Source of the DNA: Macrostomum hystrix
Taxonomy: Eukaryota > Animalia > Platyhelminthes
Reading direction: 5' to 3'
NCBI GenBank assembly: GCA_950097015.1
Contig: CATNEN010000038.1
Coordinates: 26,474,001-26,538,000, forward strand
DNA length: 64,000 nt
The notes below the pieces were generated by a model. That model was given only the letters and a program-made list of their open reading frames with translations, ran no database searches and was not told where the DNA came from. The position numbers were made by a program, and so were the translations under genes. Numbering within the stretch: position 1 is the stretch's first letter; every line of letters starts with the position of its first letter. Positions 63,145-64,000 of the stretch are shown piece after piece.

Positions 63145-64000
63145 TGTGGTCTAATGTATTTGTGTAGATAGCAACGCCCGGGGTTAGCACGAAAGCTAGA
63201 GCCGCAAACACTCTTAACGCGGTCCTCGCAAACAAACAGGTAGAACGAATTGTCTATGGGATATTTAGCTGCAACGGTCAAATACTAGTTTCTATATAAT
63301 GAAAGTACAACACATATAAAAGTACAACACATCACCCCCTGATCTCCGGATCACAAGAGATCAAGGTTCGTAACGGACCGGCGCCGACTTCACCCTATTA
63401 GACCGTCGTGGTTCGGCATCCCGCTCGACAGCTCGCTCCACCCCAGGAGGCTGCGGTTGCGTGTCTGGTGCCGGGCGGACGTCAGCTACGTGACGGGGAA
63501 GGCCATCGACCTCCACCGTAGACCCTTGTCCCTGGCCCGTCACGCGTCCCCTAGGCCACTCGTCGGTGCATCTGACGGCCGGCGGTTTAACAAACACTTC
63601 TGTTCCCACTGGCAGGGTGGGCGTGGGGCGTGGGTTTGCCTCCAAGGTCTCCAAGGCCTCAGGGAGAGACACAGTTGGCGGCTTCCAGTCATAGGTGCTG
63701 ACCATTCTGCTGGGCACGCTGTCCTTGCGAGTGCCATCCTTTGGAGCCATGTTGTACCAGAACACCATTTCCAGTACGTCCTTTCCGGTTCTGGCTGCCA
63801 TCCGCTTAATCGTCCGATGATTGCGCTCGACTATTCCGTTGCCTGACGGCCGGTGAGCGCAACGGAAGAGGAGCTGCACTCCCCAAGCCTCACAAAACGC
63901 ACGGACCTCAGCGGAGCGGAAGGTCGGTGAATTGTCGAGAAGCAGCTGCCAGGGAGGGCCCCGCTCTCGGAACACCTGCACGAGTATCCCGGTAATTGAC
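63145..64000 (-). mobile_element. Gypsy/Ty3-like LTR retrotransposon 3' end (integrase, PPT, 3' LTR ~63331-63145) in JIP intron
   Basis: PPT AGGGGGTGA followed by TGTG...CACA ~187-bp LTR, directly after the integrase stop. Confidence 0.82.
63361..64000 (-). CDS. Retrotransposon integrase, C-terminal part of pol
   Basis: GPP..LLLDNSPTF, HRPSGNGIVERNHRTIK (DD35E core), C-terminal GRVT..VEVDG..RHVADVR and RRSNRVKSAPVRY. Confidence 0.9.
   Translation of the reverse strand, partial: SITGILVQVFRERGPPWQLLLDNSPTFRSAEVRAFCEAWGVQLLFRCAHRPSGNGIVERNHRTIKRMAARTGKDVLEMVFWYNMAPKDGTRKDSVPSRMVSTYDWKPPTVSLPEALETLEANPRPTPTLPVGTEVFVKPPAVRCTDEWPRGRVTGQGQGSTVEVDGLPRHVADVRPAPDTQPQPPGVERAVERDAEPRRSNRVKSAPVRYEP

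Overview
Eukaryotic (animal) genomic DNA. GT-AG multi-exon genes, Q/A/P/G-rich low-complexity proteins and introns packed with minisatellites suggest a flatworm such as Macrostomum (inference). Host genes: a USP53/54-like gene and a USP2/21-like deubiquitinase (both minus), a type-II GT32 glycosyltransferase with a tandem-repeat stem, two CD36/SCARB paralogs with no shared intron positions, a secreted LamG-like gene nested in a SCARB intron and frameshifted by an 8-bp duplication, and the 5' part of a JIP3/JIP4 gene. Mobile DNA: an apparently intact PHD-FLYWCH-DDE Mutator element (9-bp TSD), hAT- and Harbinger-like MITEs, a decayed Tc1/mariner, a THAP-only P-like element (8-bp TSD), an intact tyrosine-recombinase (Crypton-like) element bracketed by hairpin cassettes plus a second decayed Crypton fragment, two tRNA-derived SINE families and the 3' end of a Gypsy-like LTR retrotransposon. 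Exon boundaries were read by eye from splice signals and reading-frame continuity; no database searches were run.
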